NCBI RefSeq assembly: GCF_040938485.1
Contig: NW_027270902.1
Location: forward strand, 682,001 to 746,000
DNA from: Diadema antillarum
Lineage: Eukaryota
Length of the DNA stretch: 64,000 bases
Direction: 5' to 3'
Shown here: positions 36,701 through 48,800 of the stretch, piece by piece
Layout: the number at the start of each line of letters is the position of its first letter
How positions within the stretch are numbered: the first letter of the stretch is position 1
Position numbers and translations under genes: made by a program
The notes under the pieces: generated by a model
Told to the model about the DNA's origin: nothing
Seen by the model: the letters and a program-made list of their open reading frames with translations, nothing else
The model's database searches: none

Positions 36701-37170
36701 TCTTGTCTGGTGAGTGCAGAACAGGGGCGGTGGCATCAGGAGAACTTGGTGGAGGGGCTGAGAATGGGGATTGTCTTGGGACAAAGTGTGATGTAAGCAT
36801 CGTCAATGGCAACAAGCGGAGCGGCGTGTCCATCAGCTCGCGTGTGAAGCGGTTCAGCATGAGCGAGGACTTGACCGATCAGACCCAAAGGCAGGTGGAC
36901 GGTGTGTCGCTGCCCACCACGGACAGTAAGCTGGAGCCTGAAACAATTGTGATGAAACGCAGGGATCCAGAGATGAAGCGATCGGTTCTGAGCGTCACCG
37001 TGACGACCTCGGAGGATGCTTCGTCGGGACCCCGCCTGAATGGATGTGATGAAGGAGAGAAGCAGAGGAAGGCTATTGTAGAAGAGACTGAAAACGTGGT
37101 GTGGAGAGTGAGAAATCGCAAGAAATTCAAAGAAAAGGCGAATCCTACTGTCTCTCAGGATCATAATTGA
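17631..37170 (+). CDS. RNF207: RING finger protein 207 (RING, B-box, coiled-coil E3 ligase), 12 coding exons, about 878 aa
   Basis: Exons: 17631-17821, 19176-19287, 22628-22772, 23705-23786, 25994-26242, 27054-27195, 29930-30156, 30391-30580, 31343-31435, 32214-32306, 32969-33138, 36228-37170. Total 2637 nt, GT-AG, phases consistent. Contains MSGEIFQPLE, RING CRLC...CYHAFCGNC...CPLC, B-box FFCNTCRQALCEVCKEETHRAKMFSSH, and IWQEMLDRVSNEQDIYQ...QIAPYISSI, all matching RNF207. The terminal exon is less certain, and a small missed exon between 33138 and 36228 cannot be excluded. Confidence 0.92.
17910..18235 (+). mobile_element. CR1-type LINE 3' fragment
   Basis: Degenerate CR1 ORF2 C-terminus (SQRVIDDWNSL...EAPSINAFKSRLDQHWKDK*) followed by a 3' UTR. 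Confidence 0.65.
18278..18580 (-). mobile_element. 303-bp MITE, inverted second copy, 6-bp TSD TTGATG
   Basis: Reverse complement of 822-1124 with about a dozen mismatches. TTGATG at 18272-18277 and 18581-18586. Confidence 0.9.
18670..19095. repeat. Diverged tandem duplication of a GT-rich unit of about 230 bp
   Basis: The block GGTGACAAAGGTAGTGATGTTGGCAGTGGCAGCGGTGTTAGTG...GCCATCTGATTGTGGTCATGG occurs twice, at about 18740 and 18990. Confidence 0.8.
19720..21660 (+). mobile_element. 5'-truncated, frameshifted CR1/L2-group LINE (reverse transcriptase)
   Basis: RT motifs KASGPDDIS, YRPVALL, QFGFR, FMDLSKAFDTINH, GVPQGSVLGPLLF and FADDT. Frameshifts near 19795, 20480 and 20985. The 3' end has AATAAA plus an (AATTG)n tail. 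Confidence 0.93.
22314..22506 (+). mobile_element. MITE with telomere-like repeats, copy 3 (more diverged)
   Basis: Homologous to 4575-4784. Confidence 0.75.
23981..24671 (+). mobile_element. About 690-bp non-autonomous DNA transposon (TGTGAC...GTCACA, TA-flanked), copy 1
   Basis: TIR TGTGACCCTGCACCTCAAAAC. Relatives at 28938-29625 (inverted) and 50885-51474. Confidence 0.88.
25470..25945. mobile_element. Tc1/mariner-type MITE
   Basis: TA|CAGTAGGACCTTGATTATCC...GGATAATTGAGGTCCTACTG|TA. Confidence 0.8.
27233..27443. mobile_element. TA-flanked MITE (TACTGTA family)
   Basis: Homologous to 171-369 over its whole length. Confidence 0.8.
28839..29914. mobile_element. TTAA-bounded Kolobok-like element (or composite) hosting copy 2 of the TGTGAC family
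   Basis: TTAA|AGGG...CCCT|TTAA. The 3' part (29630-29918) is homologous to 62880-63128. The TIR match is weak. Confidence 0.55.
28938..29625 (-). mobile_element. About 690-bp non-autonomous DNA transposon, copy 2 (inverted), nested in a TTAA-bounded repeat
   Basis: Reverse complement of 23981-24671. Confidence 0.88.
31016..31258. mobile_element. TA-flanked MITE (TACTGTA family)
   Basis: Termini TACTGTATACGC...GCGTATACAGTA. Confidence 0.75.
32770..32950 (+). mobile_element. LINE 3' UTR remnant ending in (AATTG)n
   Basis: Same tail type as the LINE at 19720-21660. Confidence 0.55.
33700..33746. repeat. (GA)n microsatellite
   Basis: Directly visible. Confidence 0.95.
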
Positions 37171-38785
37171 TTTAATAGTTTTCTGTACTTAGAATACATC
37201 TCTGAATTTCTTATCCACCTTGAATTGGAACAAATGAATTTCGAGACAGATATTTATTGCATGTTGAGAAATGTACAAGATTATGTGAAGTGAAGATGTA
37301 GATATACTATTTTACCTAAGGGCACTATATTTATACAATGTATTGTATTAAGGCTGAAAGTTGTGGATTTTTACCATAACACTTTCCCATCAATATTGTT
37401 TGTTTTAATTCTGGCTGCTCTTTATTTGATTAAAGGAATCTGTTATTTGTGAGGTATTTTGACCTTTATAGTGGTCTGTTTGAATTAGCCATGTATTTCA
37501 GATAACGTTGAAACCAAATAGTGAAAATGTCTCATTTGCTTGATTATTTACCATTAACAGTTAGAGTTCTCCTTGCTTAACCATTTTGAAACTCTCTAGA
37601 TTTGACCTAATCATGATGCAAATCCGTGTGATGTCAGTGCAAAGACACCCTGTATAGTTTGTCTTTCTGTTTAACACAACACAGTCCAGTAATTGCAGTT
37701 GCAGACTGTAAATTGTAAACTAGAATTGAAAAGAAAAGATATGTGTCTCTCTACTTAAGGTAATCTAACATCACTGAGCACTTTTTAGACATACAGAAGC
37801 AGGCTAAAAGTTGGGGTTTGTTAGTTTGTGTTTTGGAGGGATGTTTCTTTGGTAATGTGGGATTGCAATAATTTGGTTGAAACTTCTATAATGTGAGTGT
37901 TTCCACTTCAGAGCACCTCTAATGTGTATTTTCCTGGTTTGTTGTCTTGTAAAGTGAAATGGCAATGTAATGTATGTAATTCACGTACATGTAGAAGGGT
38001 CCAAGTATGTACTCCCTGATATCGTGTGAAGTGGACATGAAAGATCCATCTTTGCAAACTTTATCGTGGGGAGGCATCTGGCGTATGTAAACATCTAGAT
38101 TCCCTCTGAACAGATTTTCACCTAACTTGGCAGGTAGCATCCATGTGGAAATAGGATGTCAGTTTGTTCAGATGACCCTCGAAGTTAAGGACTAGAAAAA
38201 TCTGCTTCTCTAGAACCAGAAGTGATAGAACTAAGTTGCTTTGTTCTGAGGTAATAGTTGGCAAGAATACGTGGAAGGTGACATTGTGATACTTGCGCTA
38301 GATGCCTGGGTCTCTTGCTTGAAGGATCTGAATTCCTGGATTATGTTCCTGGGGACTTCTTTACAGGGCTTAAACTTCCACTTCAAACCTTGTTGCTAGG
38401 ATGTTCTGTCGATTCCTGACTACAAGAGTCCTGCTAATACACAGCTTCCTGAAATCCATTGCCATTCAACTCATTAGTTAGCAAGTTTTTTGCACTGCGG
38501 AGAATATGAAAATTAATTCTGTCAATTGCCCAAATTATGTCCTTTTTCTGTCAAACATATGCCACTTGTTTTCACAGAAATAATGTTTTCCCATGGGAGA
38601 ACAATAATTGCAAATAAAAATGGCAAGCAGATAAGCAATAACAAATAAGTGAATAACAAAATAGTCCACTATCACAATACTGCCAGATATGTTTATCTGA
38701 TTGCTGAATGATAGTTAACTAACCCATATATTGTATCACCTAAAGAATCTAGAATCAAATTTTGAAAAAAAAAGAAAAATCCAAT

Positions 38786-38998
38786 TACTGTAAAACAAGG
38801 AATGTTCGCATGCATTTTAATTTTGCGAATTTCGCGATCGCCAAGATTCGCGAAATTAGAATGCATGCGAAATTTCTTATCTACACTATAAGCATTGAAC
38901 GCAAGTGGCTAATCGCGAAAATTTCTTGCCACAAAAAAGGCCGTCGGCTCCAATTCGCGAAAATTTTGTGCCGCGAATATATATCATGTTTTACAGTA
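38786..38998. mobile_element. TA-flanked MITE (TACTGTA family)
   Basis: Reverse-complement relative of 3603-3813. Confidence 0.8.
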
Positions 38999-39325
38999 AC
39001 TTGGCTGCAAACCAGTCAGAGTTTCAGCATTCAGAACTTATGTCTGATATTCTTCAGATCTTCTGCCATAAATCAAGGACACTTGATCTTTGATTGTCCA
39101 GAACTGGTGAATATGTTAGCCCACTATACAAGTACACTAGTGATTAGGAGGTAGTCTGCCAGGAAAAATGCATTTTTCTTTCTCTTTTTTTCGAATGTTT
39201 AACTATCTTGCCAGTGCAATAGAACTGTTGGCCCAAAGTCACAAAGGTGGTTCAAATGAAATTCATTACTTAAACTTAATCCAGTGACTGCAGGTAGTAA
39301 TGAAATAGCCTAACCTTGCCCATTG

Positions 39326-39370
<45 letters not shown>

Positions 39371-39391
39371 CGTGTGTGTGTGTGTGTGTGT
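39326..39391. repeat. (TG)n microsatellite
   Basis: Directly visible. Confidence 0.95.
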
Positions 39392-39581
39392 ATTCATTAT
39401 TTGGCATCTGTGTACACAAAGTGTCAGTTGCAAATACACAATCAAAATTTGCATAATTTATAGCTAGATTTGAATTATCTTTGTAGATTTTGGCCCTTTT
39501 GCAGTAAATTTTATGGTGTGGATTCAGATCTCTGTCTCGTAATTTTGCCGTCACATTTTAAATGATTGAATGCTGACTTAA

Positions 39582-40056
39582 AGGCAGACGATCGTCATCC
39601 GTAATGGTACGTAAACTCCGAACGACCGAAGTTTGTGCATGCAATTGCACAATGCCAAACTCGGTGCTATATCCATAAACGTGTGGGGCAACGCTGCCAC
39701 TGAGACACGTGTGTGTATGTGCGTGTGTGTGTACACATCATACACAAACATTGTGACCGTGAGCTGCGGTGATTGGAGGAGAGAGGCCAGAAGACGCGTG
39801 GCTCTTTTGGCCTCTCTTCATGCGCATACGCACTGAGAATGTGCGTCCATTCGGAAGCTCTCGTGGCTCGCTCGGACAGCCATTTTGGGTCAGGAGATTT
39901 GTAGCACAGAACTCTTGTAGTCTAGAGTGTTGTTCGCTGACCCATTGAGCCAGCGCTATTCTCATTCGGGGTCACTACATTTGAGACAGAATGGGGGAGG
40001 CAGCGTATTGCGTTCGTCTCCGTGGTGCACAAACCACTCGCCACGATTGTATGCCT
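39582..40056. mobile_element. TTAA-flanked Kolobok-like non-autonomous element
   Basis: TTAA|AGGCAGAC...GTATGCCT|TTAA. Confidence 0.65.
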
Positions 40057-41286
40057 TTAAGCTTTGTCATTTGTGCATAAAGGTCACAAGACCACGTAAT
40101 GAATTTTTATATGAACCTGGAAGTGCAAAAAACAAAAACTTGACCACCCACACAGAAGGAAATCAAAGTCTAAGGCTTTCAAATTATGTGTTTCATTTCA
40201 AAACCACCTGTTTAATGTTCCTCCAAGTTAAAATGATTTAGCCATGTGTAGACAAAACAGCACAATGGGAAGAGGAATTGTATTTCTTCACTTCTCTGGA
40301 AATGAAATGAAAAAAAAAGAAGAAGAAAACCTTATGTAGAGTTCGCTGAATGTGAAGTTGAAGCCTTTTGGTTTTCTGTTCTCCAGCCAAAGATATGAAG
40401 GGGTGGGGCATTGCCATGGTAACAACATGTGGCAAAAGAAGTACATTGTATTCACTTTTAGACTTTTTAAGCAAATCAAATGAAATGTGGAACACATTGC
40501 TGGTCTGGAGGTGTTGAGGTACAAAGTAGGTTTTTGAAGAGTGACAGAAAGTATGTTGCCATGGTAGTGTGCCAATATTGATGATATGTATTCATGTTTT
40601 GAAGTGAAGTGTCCAAGAGCATGATGTTAAATGTTTGAATACTGGGGAATTTACCGATAATCATCTATTTATATCTTCAAGACATCCAGTGATATGTGAC
40701 ATCAGTTGGTTATCTGAAAATGTCCTTCAGAGGTGCTCAAGTTATTCATTTCACTTTCTGTAGATGAGACTCGGTGTACATGTTTAATTGAAATTTTCCA
40801 TGCAATAATTGTCAATTATCTGAATACTTGATATAAAAACAATAATTTATATCAATGTGTGGTCCTTGTGTCCTACACTTTGTACTACAGTGTTTTTTTC
40901 CAACACTTGTCCTGAGCAGTGTTGGCAGATATACGTGTGATTTTAATAAACACTTTCTCAGTTTCAAGATGATGTATTCTTTGGAGTGATCTTGATGTAA
41001 ATGATGATAATGTCACTTCTTGAATTATGCGCATTATTGGAACATTGTCATGTGAACGAAGGAGAAGCCAGTACTTTGGACCTGAATATTGATACATGGT
41101 CAACTTATACAAAAGTGTTGTGACCATCATTATGGGCTGATGGTGTAGATAACAGTATATTTACAGTATGAGAAAGTGTGCATTTTCATTCAGGTCCTAC
41201 AGTTAGTATCAGATGCGTGAATTTATAATGCTTGGCAATAGGAAACCAGTCCTTTCAACTCATGTTCTGCTGATCAAAGAATTTTA

Positions 41287-41493
41287 NNNNNNNNNNNNNN
41301 NNNNNNNNNNNNNNNNNNNNNNNNNNNNNNNNNNNNNNNNNNNNNNNNNNNNNNNNNNNNNNNNNNNNNNNNNNNNNNNNNNNNNNNNNNNNNNNNNNNN
41401 NNNNNNNNNNNNNNNNNNNNNNNNNNNNNNNNNNNNNNNNNNNNNNNNNNNNNNNNNNNNNNNNNNNNNNNNNNNNNNNNNNNNNNNNNNNNN
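41287..41493. other. Assembly gap (207 N) between RNF207 and ICMT
   Basis: N run. Confidence 1.
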
Positions 41494-43077
41494 CACATGA
41501 AAACATACATGAAAACAAATGTACATGAACAATGTTCCCGGTAGATTCAATGCTTTTTTATATTCTGCTATTATTTTACATGGTTACAATGTATGTGAGG
41601 GCAGCTGTGAAGGACAAGATATTTTTCTACAGCTTGCTTGTATCCAAATCATTCTGAGAATTGAGATGAAATGCCATCTATTCATAACACTGTTTCATCA
41701 ATGCTTTTTTTTTTCAAGTTCACATTAAAGAAAGTATTAATACAAAAGAAAAACTTGAATAAATAAGATTGAGATAAGAAAGACAAATTAGAATGGAATT
41801 TTACACCTGCCACATTTGGGAATGAAATGCTCATGAACAAGTACCTCCTGCTCAAATCCACAATGACACTGAGTCATCTTTTTTTCTCCCTCACTGAGGT
41901 TTATGCTAATCTGTTATTTTTGTTTTTGTAAATATCATTAATCACAACATATGGGACACTTTACCATATGGATCTACAGTAGCCCATTTAAAAGCATAAG
42001 AAAACTTTTTAATTGCCAAGCGTAGTAATCTGAGCCTCATAAGAGCATAATGGCATCCTGTGCACATGGCACGATTCTTAATCAGCAAAAATAAACAACA
42101 AAATCACAAGTTTTCTCCCATAACATTGTCCAAACAAATGATTTTTAGAATTTGTTTTGAGCAAAAAAAAAAATAAGAACAGATGGCAACAAGAAACCAA
42201 CTTTATAGTATTCAAAACAAATATTACAAATTATAACTATAAATTAAAAACAATACAACAGTGAAAGCATGCTAATAAGAGAACCTTATAGCAAATAGCC
42301 AAGTTCATCAGGATACCTTATTTCTTGGTGACATATCTGCTCTACTAGCATATGTCGGGGGTTTGCTGTGTCATACATACTCTGCAGCGATTATGAAATC
42401 TTGCTCAATGTTATTGCTAATATCAACCCATCAAAAAAAAACTTGTATTATCCAATGTACAATCAAAAAGAAAAACATTAACCAGAAATGCACATTTGCC
42501 GAAACAATTTTACAAAGATCAAACAAATCACCACAGTAAAATAGCAATTTAGCTTTTCTCTCCAATCTAAATAATGAAAGTTTACCAGTCACAAAATGAA
42601 CCCTGTTTTTCATTTTGTAAAATAAGCATGTGAAAAAAAAAAAGGGGGGGGGGCTATAAGAATAGACCACAAAAACTTGAACAAGAAAAGAGGAAACATT
42701 TGTGAGCAAAGACCTTTTTTCTTTCTAACTATTTAACCCCTCTGGAAATTCATCTGAAGATGGCATTCTTTTGGAGTGATAATGGCAGAAGTTGCTGTCG
42801 GACTACATAGTACTACCTCTACATTGTATATTATTTTTAATTGTGGCCATGATTTTCATCTTCAGTTCTTTTCCTACAAACTCATATTCTGGAACTGATT
42901 GTACTTTGTAGCTAAAGATTAATCATTCCTAGTTGTATGCATTCATAAACATGGCAATAAAAAAAAAAAGAAACAAAATTTGGTCCTCCATTATTATCAT
43001 CTGTACTGTTTTGCCAACATAAGAACAGTGTAACATTTCAATTGATTGACAAAATGTCTGTAAGCGACGTAAATAAG

Positions 43078-43165
43078 CACCAGTAGTCCAGTGAATACCT
43101 TGCCTGTTCAGCGATCAGGAGATCACAGGTTCGAGTCCAACCCAGGTATGTATACGTATGCCCAC
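43078..43165 (+). mobile_element. tRNA-derived SINE head
   Basis: A-box-like GTAGTCCAGTG and B-box GGTTCGAGTCC, with no complete cloverleaf. Confidence 0.5.
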
Positions 43166-45827
43166 TATCATTATCATTTTCTCATTTTTTCTATCACGGC
43201 TACTACTAAAACTGAATAATCAGTGCACTTTGTCAATTGGTTGCAATAAAAAACAAACAAACAAAAAGTCAATGCCAGAATTCATTAATTTGAAAGTGGA
43301 ACATTGTCTGCTGCCATAGACAAAATTCAGTCACATAATCAGTGTGCCTATTTTTGTTTTTGTTTATTTGCCAGTGCTCAATCTAAAATCTGTATGTTTA
43401 TTTTGTTAAGGTCTGGCAAATCTGCTGGCAGTGAAATTCATGAACTCTGCCTCCAATACAATATTACAAGTTACATACAACCTACTGATAAGCATAAAAC
43501 AGCATCTGTCCCCCATTCATACTAATACAAGTGTACTTCTGTATTACCACTTCATGGCTCAAAATCACCATAAGGTTACATTTTAAGTAAATACACATGC
43601 ATTTTGATATACATATTAATCTGTGAAAGGGCATAGTTGCACTTTATATCAAACCTTCGAACAGATAGTTTGGTTCAAAGAAATATAAAAAAGACTTATA
43701 AGTTAAGAAATTTATCACATAGACAATGTGATGACTGAATTCCAAGCAATAAATATGATTTTGACGCAACTTTGCAACCAATTCAAGAGCACCTTGCAAT
43801 ATTTTTGAAGAAAATTCAACACCTCATGCAGCAGCTATTGCCTCCAATTAAATAAAACCTTTGGTTGCAAGATAAATCTTGCTGTAAAAGTCAATGTAAT
43901 GCTCATTAATACGTAAAATACATAAAAGGCACATACTTTCTCTGTTTATACATCAAAAATAAGTAAACAAGTATATACAAGAGGCATAATACATAACCAA
44001 GTAAAACTGACTGCTTCAAATTCCTGCGTACACTGTATATGACATAACTACCTCGTGCGTAATGATGTAGATTCCTACCACCTCTTTTAGCAGTGACATC
44101 ACTTAAAACATTTTCAGCAATTTGATGAAACGCAGTAAAGACAAAGCTGTAAGAAATCACAGGGTCATATAATTGTAATGACCAAAAAAAAAAAGGCATT
44201 CAACAATACTTGAGAGAAGATTATTGCACCATCGCACTTCTCCTATTTACTCCAACATTAAAACTGTCTTCTCTTGGATTGTTTCCATGGCAACGCTTCC
44301 AACTGCTACCTCATCCAAACTGCCTCATTCTCCAAATAAATTGTCATATGAGACAATTACAGTTGAAATGAAAAACAAACAAACAAACAAACAAACTAAA
44401 CAGCAGTGATTAGCTTGGCATCTTTCACAGCTGTTTGTCAAGGTTAATTCCTCTTCCAGGTGGTTCCATAGTTATAATCACGATGTTGATTCCTATTTAA
44501 ACAGGAAGAACAAGTTGGGTTCAATGACTGTATACAAATAAATAAGTGGAAAGGAACACACAAGACAGAACACTAAATGTGAAACCAGCAAAAAAATGTA
44601 ACAAAATTAATAAAATAAAATGAGACGAAATTGATGCAATTAACAGGTTTGGGTGAGAAAACCAATGTAAGCACATGTTAGATGAATCCTAGATCTGCTT
44701 CTTGTTGTTGTTGTTGTTTTTGTTTTCCCAGCAGGACTCGGTACATTTTACACGCAGCACCACATCAATAATGGATTCATTTGCACAATTCAGTTAAGAC
44801 AGTCTGGGTGAATTTGTGATATGTTCAATGTAGAAAACTCTTAATAAATATTTAATTTGAATTTAAGAGAATACACAATGAGCAAGTTTACTTAATCAAT
44901 TTCCCGTTGTGTGACAAAGCAGTTGTTATCAAATGGATGTTACATGAGTGGCATGACTCTACTTTTGTGATAGGTTAATTTGAGAATTATGCAGTTTACT
45001 CAGAATTCATGAGTGTGACTGTCTGGTGGTTCTGCGGCATGCAACCACGTATGAGCATTTTCAAAGACTACAAACCCCTCATGTCAACACCAGTAAAAAC
45101 ATACATTGTATTTTCCACTCAGCATGTCTTTACAATCGTGACATGCATATTTCTGTGTGCCTCTCAGCAGTATCCACAATGCAAGACTATGCAACAAAAT
45201 AATTATAAAATTTGCTTTATCAGAACAGAAAGTATGCCTGATTTTCATTCAAAAGAAAATATGATAAGCAGATAATAGAAAACAAACCCTGTCAAATGTG
45301 TTTGTCTTACACAGATATCAAACCATTACATTATGAATGCATATAATTTCTGGAACGTTTACATCCACAGTTCTGTTCCTTGTTTCCTTGTAAGCACAGG
45401 GAAAATTTTCATATACCTAGCCATCATTTTGACACTGGTTTTGACTCTCAATAATTGAAATAACAAACTCAGTACATCCAATACCCACATTTCATGGAAA
45501 AATATGATACATAGATTGAAAAAAAAAGAAGACGATTGTCAAGTATCACAGCCTCCCACAGTACACATTTGTATATGCAACAGGCTGTTGTATCATGATG
45601 GATATCTTGCAAATTTTCTCTATTTTCTACAATTTTGTCATATCCTGCTCAATATTCACTGGGAACTTTCAAGCTTTGTATGGAAGTTGCACGTCTGGCA
45701 GGTCACTAGCCGGGGGTTCTATGGGTCAGCAGCTAACGCACAATGTACACATTTTAGCGATGGAAGCTTGTGAAGGAGCACGGCAGGAGTTCCGTCCGCA
45801 TGGTCCCATCCATTGACAATGCCGTGG

Positions 45828-48800
45828 TCATAACTTGTACCCCTTGATGAAAGGAAGCCCGGTGCCCACTCGCTGCTGGTATTCCACATAGCGCTGGCCG
45901 AAGAAGGCAACCAACGTGATCTCCTCGTCCTCGACTCGCTCATTGAAGAAGCGCCACGAGGTCACCGTGTAGGCCACCAGACACAGGGGATTACATAGAA
46001 TGAGCTGTAGAGGAAACCAAAAGTGTGCTGTCATTAAGTGTACTGTATAGCCAAATATTTAGTGAGTCAAAATTTTCATGAATTTGGACTTCAATTTTTG
46101 AGTGGTGAAATTTGTGATTGTAGAGTACAGTATTGTCACGCACCTTGTTCATGTCGATACTCTGTAGTGCGTACCAATACCATGTACACGTGCACATCTC
46201 ATGTGGTTGTTGAGGCAATCGTTTGTGAACAAAGCATGCATAGAATTTGAATACATTACAGAAACAGTTTACTGGCCAGTCACTGGACTTTGAAGCATTA
46301 ATGAAGACAACATATGAGTTCACCTGACTCTGTACAAACCCCAGGCAGAGCACCTACTAGAATAATTCTATCAGTAATCAGTAAAATGTGATGAATGAAA
46401 AGCATGGAAGAAAGAGAGGGTACCTGTGTTCCCAGACTCCAGTAGAACCAACCAACGTATGATGGATGTCGTGACCAGGAGTACACTCCATGGGTGACCA
46501 ACTCATGGTCGTCGGCCTTGGTGGTCTGGATGTAATGGTTGAAGCTCCTGCCGGCGGTCAGCATGGCCAGCTTGCGCATGAACTCACCGGCAACACACAG
46601 CACGCAGCCAAGTACACTGATGTACCACAGGGATTTCAGTCCTGATATTTAATAAAACAAATACAAACTCGCATGGTCACTAAATTTTTTTCTTATGCCC
46701 GGGCATGTACATATAAAGCTATAAACAAAATATACAGTGTATCTGTACTTAAAATTTCACTATATTGGTACTGTATAAGCTGTTATTTTCGTGAGGGTTT
46801 AATTTTCGTGAATTTCGCGTATCACAGGTGGACTGCGAATTTAACAACACGTGAAAATGTCACCATGCGCTAAGGTAATAGTGCGCTTATGAAGGCCTCT
46901 GTGTCCAAATGTCTGTGACCTCCTCATTCGCGAAAATATCTGTACGCGAAAATAACAGCGTATACAGTAATCCACAGGAAATAACAAGTCTAATGAGAAC
47001 TTCCACCAAATCTTGACCTCTGTGAATGCTTACAAGCGCTTGCACACCATATCATTATTACAAGATGATGTACAATGCAAACTAAATTTATTACCCTACA
47101 ACTTCCAATGACTCGGTAAAAACAAAACAAAACACAAAACAAAACAAAAGAACAATAGAGATGTTCTCTGAAATCAGCTTGTGAGCTTGATCTGTATAAT
47201 TATGTATACCAAGTGAAAAAGAAGGAACTAGTCTGGGATTTGAACCTGAGTCACCTATTGTTATAACGATCTCACTGCCAATGGCTGCAGCACTACCAGT
47301 TTGTTTGTTTGTTTGTTCATTTCCATCTAAGAAGATGGCTGGATAGTCAGAGTTCACAATAATACAGATGAAACACAGGATCTTATTACATTTAAGAGTA
47401 CATGTATACTTGTACATGTAAACAGTAAAAAAGAAAACCTCAATACCTATACACTCTCTGCAACAACTACAACAATAACAAAAAATGCTTTAAAAAATTA
47501 TAGCAATAATGACATAACAATGAATTCTCTTCATTCATATAACTTGCCTATCTGGAGGCCACATGAAATACGAATAAGACCAAGACAAAATGAAAGAAAA
47601 GTGCAGCATTGGGTATTTGCTCGAACATCATAATCTCACAACCATGAACTTCCTTCTTTTTCATAGATCTTGAGTTCATAGTGAAACTGAGCGTAATAAT
47701 ACCAAATGAGCACATAATACTAAATATTTCAGAAAGTTATATGTAACAGTAAGAAGATATATAGATAGCCTCTACAATTATACTCTCTCTGCAACAACAC
47801 CAACAACAACAAATACACACACAACAACAGCAACAACAGCAAAAACAACACACATACACACACACACAAACCAAATTCCCTTCATTCACAACACAGGATC
47901 AAGTTCAAAGGATAACTGCGTGTGGGGAAAATATATACCTGGGAAGAAGTAGAGCTCGGCGAAGAATTCCAGCCAGCTGGCGAGAGCGGCCACGTGGTAG
48001 GCGATGCTGTGGTTGAGGAGGTAGGAGTCCAGGGAGAGACTCTCATAGTTGTAGATGCAGGTGGAGAAGAACTCGGAGAAGTGGAAGAAGCTGAGGATGA
48101 TGAGGTACCAGCCGAACGGGTGGAAGGTGTTGGAGGAGAGCCCGATGATGAGTCCGATTCCAGACAGGACCCCGAGCAGACAACCCTGGAAGGCAACCTG
48201 CCAAAAGGGGAAAAAAAGAAGAGAAAACCCAAACTGAAAACAGGCCTCTGAATAATGGCACAGGTTTCACAATATCAGATGTCAACAAGGATAAACATAA
48301 AGCTCTGCAAAAACAGAATGTGAGCATATGGGCAAAGCTACAAGTGTATGTTTACATCCAATCACACAAAAGATGCTTTAAATCTGCAGGTGTGATTTTA
48401 GATCAGGAATACGTTTAACCATCCTTAAAATATGCACATGAAATAGTTCAATGTAATTCTGAAAGCACGAACAGATGCTATTACGACACCTTCTGTACAT
48501 GTATGTGGTGAAGATGTGCTTTTCAAAGACTTGCATGCTTGTTAAGTAATCCCTTTTAAATCTTTTTTTTTTTTCTGGTCAACAATTTTGTTTCTCTTAA
48601 AACCCAACGAAGTCAATTCAGGTCCTAAATAGAAACTCAATATAATGGAAAGCTAATGAAAAACTTGAAGAAAATATAAATCAATGTTTCCATCAGTCCA
48701 TATTCACAAAGAATACATGGTATTTCTTAATTTTACTACAAGCATTCATATATACATAATATTGTTCTGTGTAAAACAAGTTTATAATGATTTCAAATTA

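Noticed and set aside
43078-43165. Possible tRNA gene
   Set aside because: A B-box is present but there is no acceptor stem or full cloverleaf, so it was treated as a SINE head.
47922-48251. 109-aa acidic ORF on the plus strand
   Set aside because: Antisense shadow of the hydrophobic ICMT exon 2. The same applies to 9212-9550 (PSMC2), 58532-59125 (GCH1) and 36736-37164 (RNF207).
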